Part shown: piece by piece, positions 37,680 to 50,911 of the stretch
Layout: every line of letters begins with the position of its first letter
How positions within the stretch are numbered: position 1 is the first letter of the stretch
Source: Octopus sinensis
Taxonomy: Eukaryota
Direction: 5' to 3'
DNA: 64,000 bases
NCBI RefSeq assembly: GCF_006345805.1
Contig: NC_043001.1
Location: 115,258,001-115,322,000, forward strand
Program-made: the position numbers and the translations under genes
The notes under the pieces: generated by a model
Seen by the model: only the letters and a program-made list of their open reading frames with translations
Databases searched by the model: none
Told to the model about the DNA's origin: nothing

Positions 37680-39022
37680 TAGCATACATACATACATATA
37701 TGCATACATGGATACGTACATAGATACATACGTACGTACGTCTGTATTTACGTACATATAAATAGAAAAATGGAACAAGAACTCAACAGACTATAAAACA
37801 TCTGGAACAGATAGACGATACGAAGAAGAACAGGAAAAACAACAAAAAGACGGACAGGACAAAACAAAGATGGGCCATTCGTGGCCTTCTCTCATCAGTC
37901 AAATTTCCAGACTTTTAAATGTGGCTGGCTAAGAGCATTAAATATTTTGGGAGAAAGCCAGCGAATGTGTACAAAAAAAGAACGAAAAAAAAAACGGAGA
38001 AAATGTTACTCAATTACAAATATACTCAAGAAAATAACAACAGGTGTCTTTCGACTAATAGAGATGAATCAAGTTGAGTGGCGTGTGTGGAGTGAAAGCC
38101 TTGAGGCAGGAATATAGATGAACATCAAAGATGAAAGTCAGGAGACAGGAGTAAGAGATGCTTCGTGTCTGGCAGTCAGACCAAGAAAGAAAGATCATGC
38201 TTGGCCGAACACCAATCACATGGAAGGAGATGAGTGAGGTAGGGGGCACAGGGATGAAGAATTCGGGGGAGGACGAGAAAAAGAGAGAAAACATCAAAGG
38301 GACGTAGAGATGGTACAAGGGAGATAACCGATGACATACATACATGCATACATACATATTATGATTGTCCCGAAATTAAAGTAAGTGGGCATAATTTCTT
38401 TTTTTTTTTTTGCCAACACATAAATCGTTCTCTCTACACAGGCACTACCCAAAGTGATGCGCCATCGGCGAACCCATATCTGGAATCCTCTGAAAAATTT
38501 CAGGTGTGCACTGTCGTACCCACTTTTTCATGGCCACATTCATATTATGTCGCTTATTGAATTGTTGTCCTCGAAGACTGTCTTTTATTCGCTCGAATAA
38601 GAGGAAGTTGGGATGGTCATAACTGAAATGTCTTTGACCATAAGTATGTTTACTTCAGGGTTGGTCTCGAGTTAAAAACAAAAATATAAATAAACCTAGG
38701 GAATCTCACTTGACATGCTAGAAATAATAACCAAACAGCCATCAATTAAGTAAAGGCAAGGATATCTAAGAAAACTGTTGTTTTAGGTATACAGGATTGC
38801 ATAATGTAGTCTTAGGTACGAGTGAGAAAATAGAGGGGATGGTACTTTAGCGGTCGCATGTCCACCTAGAAATATCTATCATATCTTTTTTATCTACATA
38901 ACATTCTTGAGTGTGTATATATATCTATATATCAAGCTTTCGTTTATCAATTCAGTTTTCTGTGTATCTATTTCAAATGTAGATGTATATACATACTTAT
39001 GTACGGTTGTGCGTGCGGGGGG

Positions 39023-39062
<40 letters not shown>

Positions 39063-39092
39063 TATATTATATATATATATTATATATATATA

Positions 39093-39248
39093 CAGTGTGG
39101 AAGGTGTCTATAAGCCATTTAAGAACACACACTGAGGTCGCGGTCTCAAAGCGACGAAAATGTTTGACAAATTAAATTTAAATGTTGAAGTGAATCTAAA
39201 CGTTTTTTGTGTTTTTTCTTAAATGGCTTATAAACACCTTCCACGCTG
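39093..39248. repeat. Fold-back inverted repeat (~40-bp arms) with a hammerhead-like spacer
   Basis: CAGTGTGGAAGGTGTCTATAAGCCATTTAAGAA pairs with 39216-39248. Spacer CTGA-G-GTCGC-GGTCTCAAA-GCGAC-GAAA. Starts immediately after (TA)n. Confidence 0.85.
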
Positions 39249-39312
39249 CAATTGTTTTCGTTCCAGCACACGATCTCAGATTAAGTCACTCGCTATGCAC
39301 ATAGATCACCGT

Positions 39313-39366
<54 letters not shown>

Positions 39367-40161
39367 CATAAAGTCGGGATTGAAGATAGACTTATTTTTC
39401 CATATGACTAGCATATATACTGCGTAGACTGATAGCCAATTCAGAATGTAGAGCTTATTGTGACAGCTTCATGATTCCCTGAATCCATATTTTCATATTT
39501 AATACTATTTTCGTGAGTGTGTGTGTATTTATGTATGTATAATATATCACATATCATATCTTATAAGCAACTAACTTGCTATCTGAGCACGGCCTACTCA
39601 TTTCTAAGCATCAGTCTATCATATTTCTCTTTCTAATTTCATATAACTAGTTATTCATCTCAGATGGTCACTGAAGGTCAAACCTTCACTTCCTTAAGCC
39701 ACATACATTACACCATACATCTTATACTTCATTACTCCATATTGACAGCACCTCGCCTCACCTCACATCACTTCACATTGCAACACTTTCAGATGTTGCA
39801 TTCGATTAACGGAGCACTCAAAATTCCTCGCGAGACCGTTAAAACTTTGTCATGTGGGCTATATAAAGCTAATCAATAACACAAACACAAACAATATCCG
39901 AGGATACACTTTAAAAATGTGCCTATCTTTCTCATTAACACTAATGTCTCATACTTAATTGTTTAATCTCATCTGAAATTTATAAATCATTTATCAATTT
40001 GCTCACATGCTTCTTTTATTGATCAGATTTCCAGTGATTCTTCGTTGTAACTTTACAACTTTCGGATTACTGTTTAAATTTCGATCAACAGGGAAACGAC
40101 ATCAAAGATTAATGTATGTACATATACTCAAAAATATCGTAAAGATTCATAGACTGATATG

Positions 40162-40205
<44 letters not shown>

Positions 40206-40455
40206 AGATAGACCAGACAGACAAACAGATAGGCAGAGAGGCAGACAGAGACACATAAACGTAGACACATATAGATACAGAGAGAAATTATGAATAGATA
40301 TGAATGAATGTGTAGAGAGATAGGTAGTTAGATATGATATACATATATAGATATATATTAGATATTTTAGTATACATATATACATGTATGTTTGTATGTA
40401 TGCAAGTCCATACGTGCGTTTTTGCATATATATATATATATGTATATATACATAA

Positions 40456-40497
<42 letters not shown>

Positions 40498-40592
40498 ATA
40501 ATAAAATATAAGGGAATAAATCCAAACTTACAGGGAAAAATCAGATTTAGGAATAAATCCAATTTTATAGTATAAATATATTATATTATATT

Positions 40593-40946
40593 ATATTAAA
40601 TTAGAGATAAAACCACTTTTAGGCAAATCAAACAATGAAAAACATAACCCAATACATAAAATTAATTAATTTATATTATTTTAAATATATATCAAAAGTA
40701 TTAAAAGTTTAATAAAAGATAAAGAGTAAAACACTACGATCGTTTCATGTCTGTACAATTCGTAATAATTCGAGTTATGGCTACAGTCAATCTTCAGGTT
40801 AATTGAAATATCTAAAATATAATCAGAAATATTTAAACAATATTTTTAAGATATAAATAATATAATAATTTTACTTATAATTAATTTTATGTATTTGCTT
40901 ATGTTTTTCATTGTTTGATTTGCCTAATAGTGGTTTTATCTCTAAT

Positions 40947-40953
<7 letters not shown>
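40593..40953. repeat. Fold-back inverted repeat (~76-bp arms, ~210-bp spacer) containing a minus-strand hammerhead
   Basis: 40593-40668 pairs with 40878-40953. (TA)n on both outer flanks of the element. Confidence 0.88.
40731..40802 (-). ncRNA. Type I hammerhead with intact core but weak stem I
   Basis: AAC-CTGAAGA-T-TGACTGTA...TACAGACA-T-GAAA-C-GATC-G-TA|GTG. Stem II 7 of 8 bp, palindromic ACGATCGT stem III, GUA site. Stem I has only 2 clean pairs. Confidence 0.6.
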
Positions 40954-40977
<24 letters not shown>

Positions 40978-40984
40978 GGTGTCA

Positions 40985-41610
40985 TCATACCACTTTTTTC
41001 CACATTTGTACGGCCACACCTTGAATACTGCTGCCCACTATGGTCTCCTCACACAAGACAAAACATCTCCAGAATTGAGTCACCCCAGAGGGCACTCACT
41101 AAACGAATTGAAGGCATGGCTGTTCTCGATTATTGGGATCACCTTAAAGCCTTGAAACTTACTCCCTCCGCGTCGCCGTGAGCGGTACATCATTTGTACG
41201 ATGTGGAAATATACCGCAAACTATGCCAAACGACCTAAACATTAGTTCAAGGTTCATCCAAGACTGGGACCACGACCATACGTCCCCTGCCCAATTCAAG
41301 ATCACAGCATACATGTACACTGCAACATAATTTCTTTTCCTCAACAGGCCCTGCCCTATTTAACATTGTCCCGAGAGAGATCAAAGAGGAAAAGGATCCC
41401 ATCAACTTTAAACAGAGTCTGGATAGATTCCTTCAAAGAATACCAGATAAGCCACCCATAATTGGATACAACTCACCCAACAAGAACTCACTACTTGGAA
41501 CAAAACTTAAACAGGATTCGAATAATCCTATCAGGTGGTGCTATTAAGTTAGACATGGCCTGGCCAATCTTTGGTCGAAACATATCTAAGTTTATCTAAG
41601 TCTAAGTTTA
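40985..41610 (+). pseudogene. CR1-type LINE 3' end (RT C-terminus, 3' UTR, TCTAAG(TTTA) tail)
   Basis: LFSTFVRPHLEYCCPLWSPHTRQNISRIESPQRALTKRIEGMAVLDYWDHLKALKL, frameshift, SLRRRRERYIIC, a typical CR1/L2 RT thumb. Confidence 0.87.
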
Positions 41611-41638
41611 TATATATATATATATAATATATATATAT

Positions 41639-41772
<134 letters not shown>

Positions 41773-41879
41773 TAGATGCAAATATGTATGTGTGTGTAAA
41801 TATTTATATACGCATAAATATTATACAATTCCTTATGCAGAGTCTGACCACCTCTTGTACTTACACCTTACATTTATTA

Positions 41880-42260
41880 TGGCGTCTCATGTGTATTTTT
41901 TAAACCAGACAACGTTTTGAAAAGACATCAACATAAATTGCATATATGCTTTGGACTACTAAGAGCTGCAGTCAAGTTCTGGTCTTTGTGGATCTTAAAA
42001 TGCCTTTGAGGCCTCCATTACATTTGCAGACGTTACGGCATACACGGCATTGAAAGATGTGCACAGATAGATAGGCAGAGTAGATGGTGGCGGTTCGTTT
42101 TTCATGGATCCTCAAATGAGATTTGAACCCAGTAGCAGAAAGGCATGGTCTATCACAAATTGTGCACACAAAATGGTTGTTGGGATTCATTTTCTCGTTG
42201 ATCGTGGAATTTTTCTTAAAATTGTTTTTGAGTATCGCAGGGTCTCCTGGATTCTTCAAA
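41880..42260 (-). pseudogene. Three tandem C2H2 zinc fingers, decayed (RTE-type LINE C-terminus or ZNF relic)
   Basis: FVCTICDRPCLSATGFKSHLRIH; FQCRVCRNVCKCNGGLKGILRST (degenerate); HICNLC*CLFKTLSGLK, frameshift, IHMRRH. Confidence 0.75.
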
Positions 42261-42336
42261 CGCTTTCACTTCACTCTACACTTTTGTTCACACATACATA
42301 TACATATATAATATATATGTATATATATATATATAT

Positions 42337-42382
<46 letters not shown>

Positions 42383-42413
42383 TACATATGTTGTTTATAT
42401 ATATATATATTTA

Positions 42414-42495
42414 TTCTAGCAAAAACTGTCTGATAACGGCAACGAGAACTCAGAGAAACAGATTTTGTTCAATTTTCTGCTGCTTTAAATAAAGT
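42414..42495 (+). mobile_element. Decayed third copy of the 13631 HHR unit
   Basis: CTAGCAAAAACTGTCTGATAACGGCAACGAGAACTCAGAGAAACAGATTTTG. Deletions hit both CUGAUGA and GAAA, and GUA is changed to GAA. Confidence 0.85.
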
Positions 42496-43423
42496 ATATA
42501 TATATATGGTGTGGTGTGTATACACACACAAAAAATACTAAACACGAATGCTGTTTAAAATTTACAACATTTGTTTCGGCAGAATGTTATTTAATGCTGT
42601 AAATTTTATACGATCATAAGCATTTAGTATCTTATACCTAAGTTACAACAAGTATCCACTAGTCAGCCAAATCGATGGCTACAAATTGGACTAGGTACTA
42701 ACATTCTATAGTATTGCGCCACAACATGAAGTCTACATTGTTGTTTTAATACACCGTGAGCTCTATGTGCTTGCACCTAGCCATTTCCTGACGTCTTACG
42801 TGCCTTGAATCGTAACGAATCCTTATAACTAATATATATATATATAAACGTAGAGTAGATGAAAGCTTTAGCGCCTGAAGAAGAGGTTTTTCCTTGTGTT
42901 AATTGTCCCGTATTCTATTTTTTGCTGTTTTTAAATAAATGTCCAGTTCCTTTGGTTTGTGTCTATGTTTTTCGTTTCTCATTGTGTTCGACGTCCTGTT
43001 TGGTGTCCTGTACTCATATATGCGTGTATATGTACATGTAGAGGTAAGGTTTACATATATGTTTATATATATGCATATGTTTTATTTCATTTATTAATAT
43101 ATATATATACTTTATATATAAATTATATTATATATATATATATATATTTACAAGAAATAAGGTACTCAGAAGATGGATGGTTTATATTTACGATATTTAT
43201 TTATATATTAATTTATATATATATATATATAATAATATATATCATATCATATCATATCATATCACTTAGATCATTAGCGCTTTCTCCCATTCTAGTGGGT
43301 TTTCAAACCAAACTATGTTCCTGTGAGGAGTTTTTGATCATTTTATTAAAGTTTCGTAGTGGTGGGGGAGAGTATAAGACAGTACAGAGGATGATGGTGA
43401 GGAGAAAGTGAGAAGAACATGTG

Positions 43424-43455
<32 letters not shown>

Positions 43456-44111
43456 TGTTGTGTGTTTGTTTTGTATCTGGGATGATTTCTAAAGAGAAAG
43501 AGGGGAAGGGAGAGGGAAGAAAAGAAAATATTTTGGGGTCTGAATATGACTCCAAGGGGTTCTAAGGCCTTAGGAAAAAAAAGATTTCAGCTTTGACCAC
43601 TTCACAGTGTCACTGAGTGTGTGTTGGCGGGGAACGCCTCCCATAAATTATATTTCCTTTTATCATTGTGAGAATGGTCAAATGCTTTTTCGGGTTTAAG
43701 AATTCTTTCCACTTTTTATGATCGTTTTGTGGAGGTGTGTGTGTGTGTCTGTGTGTGTGTCCGTGTGTGTTTGTGTGTGTGTGTGTGTGTGCGTGTGTGT
43801 GCGTGTGTGGATGTCTGTGTGTTTGGAGAAGGGAAGAGAGAAAAGAAAGAAAAAGAAAAAGAAAAATAAGGGAGGAAGGGAAAAAAATTGTGTTGATATT
43901 TATACCACTGTATATATACATGCTTATACATGAAATACTAGAAAAAAAACCACCTTTTAATCGATTCAAATGACAACTAAATTACACCACTTGAAAATTG
44001 CATATCATATTGAATATATATATATATTATGTTGTTTTATATCTATATATATATATATAATATTATATATATATATATTATATATATATATATTATATAT
44101 ATATATAATAT

Positions 44112-45313
44112 CAGGGTGCGTAGAATTTGAGGACATACTTTTTGGGGATCATTGCTGCATTTTTGCTAGCACTGTATAATCTTTGTTTCAGAAAATGATA
44201 ATGGCGGACCATCAGCTTACTCCAGAAAGGAAGAGGCATACTGTCATTGTGGTTATAAAAGCTGAGCATCGCGATTTAGAAATATCTCGATTTTTAAAAG
44301 TTGCCATATTTTTCGTCTACAAAGTTTTTAAGGAGCTAGAGACTGAAGATCGAAACATATCACCAATATCAAAGCATAAAATGTATTCTAAACACTCTGA
44401 AATCATCAGAACACTTAGATTTATCCAGCAAATTAAACAGATCATTGATTACAATACCGGAAAGTTCATGAAATCAATTGCAAAAGATCTCCATGTGTCA
44501 GAAGGAACATTCAGAAATGTTGTCCACGAAGACATCAAACATAAGTCTTATATGATGAGGAAAGGTCAATTTGTCAGAAAAAGCGAAAGAAAATCACTAC
44601 ATCAGATCTAAAAGGCTCATAAACAAACTGAAAAATCCAGCAGAAGAAGATTTTATTTGGTTTTTCTCAATCAAGAAAAACTTCGACCAAGATCCAAAAG
44701 TTAACAGAAGAAATGACAGATGGTTATGTGCAGGCTCTTCTGAAGTTCCAAGTGTTATGCATACGAAAATTTCCGAAACTATCATGGTTTTAGGGGTTGT
44801 CAGCAACGAAGGACATGTGATGCCTTCTTACTTCTTTCCACAAAGCCTTAGAGTTAACTCTCGCGCCTACATTGAGGTCCTGGAAATAATTGTTAATCCC
44901 TGGATAGACAGTGTATGCAATGGAAGGCCATATGTGTTTCAGTAAGACTCTACACTATCATACATGGCTCTAGTATCACAGGAATGGCTGGTTGAAAATT
45001 TTCCTGATCTCATAACACCTAACGTTTGGCCTCCTAATTCAGTCAGATCTCAATCCATTAGACTATTACATGTGGAGCATTGTTGAGAGAGAGAGGTCAA
45101 TGAACACGCCCATAACACCAAAGATTCTATGAAAGCTGCCATAGTCAGAGTAATGTCCAAAATGAACCAGGAGCACTCGATTCGAGCATGTGGACGATTT
45201 CGATCTCATATAGAAGCAGTTGTTGAAGGTGAAGGTGGCTTTATTGAATAGCATTATAGAAAATAAGGCTCATCTTTATCCTCATAGCATTTTTTGATAT
45301 CTTACGCACCCTT
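44112..45313 (+). mobile_element. Tc1/mariner transposon, DD37D (maT/Bmmar1-like), near full length
   Basis: TIR core AGGGTGCGTA at both ends in TA context. About 1.2 kb. Confidence 0.9.
44201..45251 (+). pseudogene. maT-type transposase, disrupted
   Basis: HTH region, WFFS(D to I)KK, FQ*D...WPPNS(P)DLNPLDYYMW with 37 residues between the 2nd and 3rd Asp. At least two frameshifts and one stop. Confidence 0.88.
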
Positions 45314-45761
45314 TATATTGCCAGATTCGTATACTTGAGATATTGATGGTCGGTACGGGTGGCATTCGAGTTGATAGTGAAGACGATTGTAATGATACTA
45401 GTGGTCGTATTGATGATGTTGATATAATGTGATGGTGTGAATTGTAGTGAGCTTGGTGCTACCTGGTGACGATTATAGTTTTACTGACGGTGTTGGCGTA
45501 ATGTGGTGCTGGTAGTAGTGGTTGTGGTGGTGGCTAGTTGTTGGCGGTTGTTTTAATGGTGCTGGTGCTGGCGGTAGTGATAGTAGTAATAATGTTTGTG
45601 ATTTGTAGTGGTAAAAGCTATTGGTGATAGTGGTTTTGCATGTCTTGGTTGTTTGTCGAATTACAATATTGATGTTATGCTTTGTACGCTGTCAATATAT
45701 ATATATATATATATATATATACGCACTACTATTGATGCTATTCACTGTACGTCTGTATATA

Positions 45762-45815
<54 letters not shown>

Positions 45816-45996
45816 CATACATACATATATAGTATGTATATACATGCTTACATATGAATATATAGTATATATATGCTTATACATACATACGCATACATAT
45901 AAGCATATAGACGTAAGCGTTTATATAATACGCACACACACACACACATATATATACATACGTATAAATATACGTATATTCATGTATACATACATG

Positions 45997-46061
<65 letters not shown>

Positions 46062-47047
46062 ATATATATATATATATATAATTTTTGGGTGGGGGTACTA
46101 TTTTGTGCTTTGAGGTGTTTTTGGTTCCTATTTTTTTCTTTTTTTTTTTCATTAGACCATTTTATTATTCTGCAACGCTTCAAGAAGCTAGAAATACGTC
46201 AATGTATAACAGTGAAATCGATGACAAACCGTGAAGAACATAATCAACTTTGGCATTCAACGAAAGAACACGGATTTTGGATTTATTTTTAAGCTTCCCA
46301 GTTAAAAACCGAAAATAAGATTTCTTAAGAAATACTTTTACTTATTCTCACTTGTTTTTATTTTGCTCTCTTTTTTTTTTGTTTACAATTTTGTTTTTAT
46401 TTCAATCTATATTTGCATTTTGTTTTACTTGTTTTTCTTTTCTTTTTCTTTTTTTTTTTGCTTATATTGTTATCTTTAGTGGCGATGATAATGGTAGTGT
46501 TGTTGTTGTTGTTGTTAATGGTGGTGGTGGTGGTGGTGTACTGTATTTCTGTTATTTATTTCGCTGATAGAGATCTCAGAACTGTCTGAATAGAAAGCAA
46601 GACATGCATACCAATATATTTGTTTCGCTGCATCTCACAGTTTATATATTTTCATTGTTATTTCCGTTTCTTTTCCTAGGCCTTTTGTATGCTTTTTTCT
46701 TTCTTTTCTTCTCTCTTTACCCCACCATCCTTCCACCACCACCATCTCACTTTCACTTATCTTAAGTTGCCAACGATATTTTGATGGAATCTCGTGGAGA
46801 TTGCTAATGTTTTCTTATAATGTGTACTAATTTCGATTTTCATTATTAAACTGGCCCTAACGTAGGTTTTACGGTTTACAGATAGACTGTATATACGAGA
46901 ACAATGTGAGCGAGTTGAAAGAGTCATGGGAGAAAGAGAGGCGGGGGATGAAATCAATGGAGAGGAATGATAAAGAGGAAGAATTTGGATGACTGGCAGA
47001 ATACATGAAGTTATATGTGGTTGGGCAAATATAAAGCTGAACAAGTG

Positions 47048-47060
47048 AATAGATAGATAA

Positions 47061-47117
<57 letters not shown>

Positions 47118-47143
47118 CAGATAGATAGACAGATAGATAGACC

Positions 47144-47215
<72 letters not shown>

Positions 47216-47242
47216 TACAGACAGACAGACAGACAGACAGAC

Positions 47243-47293
<51 letters not shown>

Positions 47294-47319
47294 CAGATAG
47301 ATAGACAGATAGATAGACC

Positions 47320-47379
<60 letters not shown>

Positions 47380-47381
47380 TC
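47048..47381. repeat. (TAGA)n/(CAGA)n tetranucleotide array
   Basis: Direct reading, about 330 bp. Confidence 0.97.
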
Positions 47382-49227
47382 AGTGGATTTGGTGGATGGA
47401 CGTATGAATAAATGGAAAGAGGATATTGAATCGGAAACTGATTTGAATTATGGGTACATTGTAGGAAATTCTGAGTGGATAGCTGTGTATTTGGATTGAT
47501 AGATGGATCGGTGGATGGAAGAATGAATAGCTAGATGCGTAGGTCATAAACTAATTGCTGTATAGGTGTTTTGATAAATTCAAGAATAGAATAAATAAAA
47601 TATTGGACTACCAACTTACATGTCATGAGTTCAAATTTTTTGCACGACGTTATGTTATATTTCTTGCTTAGGATATCAAATTGATATATTATACAACATA
47701 CTATCAATTAATCAAAAGTTACTAGTTCAAATTCTGGCATAAGAACCGCGCTTTTTCTATAGTAAAGTTAACAACCCAGTTTCTTTGGAAGATTAGAATG
47801 GCGTTATGGTTAAAGTCACGGATGATAAAATCCGAGCTTATGTGTTTGAAATCTGAAGTGAGCGGTAAGTTGTTTATAGGGGCAGCTCATTTTCGCCATT
47901 TTACAATGCATTAGCTCGTCTAGTTGTCTAGAATTGGTAACCAGTCATCCAGAGAAATTACCTAAAATAGAATCTTGCCCGATTCGGGACAATATTTTTT
48001 TCTGTTGTTTTCCATGACACTTCCATTGAAGTGGATTAAATATGAATACATTTGACTGACATTTTCAGTTAGTCAAACGACACCTTGGAGGCTTCCTTAA
48101 AACACTGAAAGATATAGCAGCTAAACCTCCCTTAAACAACACTGTGTAATTAATGACACAGTGCATAGTGTGCTTCTGGAAACTTTATGAAAGAAATAAA
48201 ATAGTCATGTTGGGACGACTTCGATGGCCTAGGGTTAAACAAAAAGACAACAAATCAAATTCTATGTTATTCTCAATATAAATAATGATTCGCGTCTGCC
48301 TGTTGTTGGTGATAATAACAATTTGAAAAATACTATTTTTCAAATTCTTATTATTACCTATCTTTCGATCTATCTATCTAAATGAAATAAGTCTTCATTT
48401 ATTTGCATTTTATCAGTTATTTCAACGCAAAGTAAGTAGATACTACAAGATGAGACACCGTGTATCATTAAATGAAAACATATGTACCACATGTACAAAT
48501 ATAGTAGTCACCTGCAAGTATGTATGATTTGTTAATATATACTATGCTTTTTTCTAATTGTTGCAGAGAGTATGTAGTCGTCAGAGCAGACATAGACAAT
48601 CCCTCGAACACACATAATGATCCAGTGAAGCATTCAAGCTGTAACAGCAGAAGGGAACAAGGGCTACAACAACACTCAGCTTATATTCATGACAACTGTG
48701 TAGAGTGAAATATCGGGAAATGAAGCGCTTTGCTGCAAGGTATACTCGCCATCTGATCCATAAATTGAACCTCAGCCTCATGATCATAAATCTACACACC
48801 TTCAAAATGTGCCACAAGATGGAACTGTATAAATCTCGAGGTAGAATATTGGGTATTACAAGATGTAATAGTAGGTGATTCATACTAGAATTAATACGAG
48901 ATATTAATCAAGGTGAAACAGTACACGCCTCAATGAATGATAAAGGTAATGATATGGTAAATCTATCGCTTTCGACAATCAGCATCTAGCTATTCGATCA
49001 ACTTACTGCCTACCCTTTAAACTAATGTGTATATGGCTGAGTATTCCGCAGGTACGTGTACCTTTTACGTAATTCCCAAGTTGAATCAGCCTGCCACAAC
49101 ATGTAACACGAATGAGAGAAAAAGACAAAGAGAGGGGCAGACAGACAGAGAAAGAGAGAGAGAATGAGAAATGGATAGGCAGGTAGATAGATAGATAGAT
49201 AGATAGACAGATAGACAGACAGGTAGA

Positions 49228-49284
<57 letters not shown>

Positions 49285-49287
49285 GAC

Positions 49288-49332
<45 letters not shown>

Positions 49333-49604
49333 TGTTTCTTTATTAGGCAAATAGCCCCAAAACAGGGCTGCACACAGATAGAACAAATTACAAGTAGAGC
49401 TTTTCTTTTGAAGGTTTAAAAAAAAAAAAAAAAAAAGAAAAAATAGGAAGGGGGAGTTTTCGATCAAAAGGATCGTAAAAGGAGAGAAAGAGGACAAAAA
49501 AAGGGGGGTTAAAAAAAAGGGGGAGAGGAAGAAAAAAAAAAGAAAAAAAAAAAAAAAAAAAATTTTGGCCAAGGTGCTAGCCAAGAGGTTGGCGCTTGTC
49601 ATCG

Positions 49605-49658
<54 letters not shown>

Positions 49659-49942
49659 TGAAAGTGTATTTTTCAAATTGTTATTATCACCAATAACAGG
49701 CAGGTGCGAATCATTATTTATATGGAGTATAACATGGAATTCAATATGTCTTTTTTGTTTAATTCCAGACCATACATGATTGGAAAGCCTCAAAATCGAA
49801 GACTTCTCAATGATTTTATTTTCATTCATAACGTATCCAGAACCACACTATGTAATTAGTCATTATTTTTTTAAAGGTGATATGGAATGGTTTAAGGGGG
49901 GTTTAACTGCTATATCTTGCAGTATTTTAAGGACGTTTGACT

Positions 49943-50205
49943 AACATCATCATCATCATTGTTCGACCGTGGTCGAGACCTTCATAGTCTTTTCAAATGG
50001 CTAATAATGTGTGCGAGCGCCACTACTACACACATTGGAAAGCATTGTACAACCAAGTACTAAAGAAGATCTTTCCTCCTCCATGAAACAAAGCTGTTCC
50101 CGCTGGACGTCAACCCAGTATTTCTAAGCTACGGACCGAGTGATTTATTGTAAGGTTATCTCCCTAGATAGATTGCCTTCATTACGGCTAAGGAGCCCTT
50201 TCTAC
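49943..50205 (-). mobile_element. Short retroposon with a 3' stem-loop and (GAT)n tail
   Basis: Minus strand ends TCGACC-AC-GGTCGA-ACAAT-(GAT)4. Family assignment is uncertain (possibly RTE-related). Confidence 0.4.
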
Positions 50206-50570
50206 CCCAGGAAATGTCAGCCAAACCTATTCAAATTTAATCCGCAGTTTTAGATATCGATAAATATATAAATATATTAAATGCAATTTCCCACAGTATA
50301 ATGTATGAGAAACGATGAAGTGGTCACAGTTTCAATAACAATATATGTTCCACACAGGTTTAATATAGGAATATACAATGGTTACAAAATATTGTTGCAA
50401 CCAGAAATAGGCTGTTCTCTTTTGATGGCTGTCTGTGATGATGTGAAAGTAAAAAGAATAGTTAATTCTAAATAAGAAATATCTTTTGTTTTGGCTACGT
50501 ACAAATGTAAAATTATAGAAAATAAATATAATATACAAAAGAACAGCTGTCTCTAAAACTATCTTAGCTT

Positions 50571-50578
50571 TATATAAT
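50571..50578 (+). promoter_or_regulatory. TATA box upstream of the 7SL gene
   Basis: TATATAAT begins 29 nt upstream of the predicted +1 G at 50600. Confidence 0.6.
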
Positions 50579-50599
50579 AAAATTCGCTTTAACGTCGTT

Positions 50600-50896
50600 G
50601 CTGGGAGTTGTGGCACGCTCCTGTAATCCAGCTACTCGGAGGCTTGGTTGGTTGACCGGTTTGAGGATAGGAGTCCTGGTAGTCGGTCTTCTATGGCGAT
50701 CGGGTGTCCGCGCTAAGCTCGGCATCAACATGGTGCTGGAGAGGGAGCTCATCAGGACCAGGTTGTCTAAGGAGGGTCGCTTCGGCCCAGGACGGAAACG
50801 CAGCAGGCAAAAGACTCCGTGTCGAGCAGTAGCGGGATCGCGCCTGTGAATAGTCGTCGGCTGGCAGCCTGTTCGATATAATTGAACACCAATCTA
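50600..50896 (+). ncRNA. RN7SL: 7SL RNA (signal recognition particle RNA)
   Basis: Colinear with metazoan 7SL: Alu 5' domain GCTGGGAGTTGTGGCACGCTCCTGTAATCCAGCTACTCGGAGGC; GATCGGGTGTCCGCGCTAAGCTCGGCATCAACATGG; helix 6 GGAG loop; helix 8 CCCAGGACGGAAACGCAGCAGG; GGGATCGCGCCTGTGAATAG. About 297 nt. Confidence 0.96.
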
Positions 50897-50911
50897 TTTT
50901 TTTTTTTTTTT
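50897..50911 (+). terminator. Pol III poly-T terminator of 7SL
   Basis: Run of 15 T directly after the 7SL 3' end. Confidence 0.85.

Noticed and set aside
37860-37905. Minus-strand CTGATGA...CGAA-TGGCCCATC hammerhead-like motif
   Set aside because: GAAA is one A short and stem I does not pair. It is counted only as a decayed relic, not as a feature.
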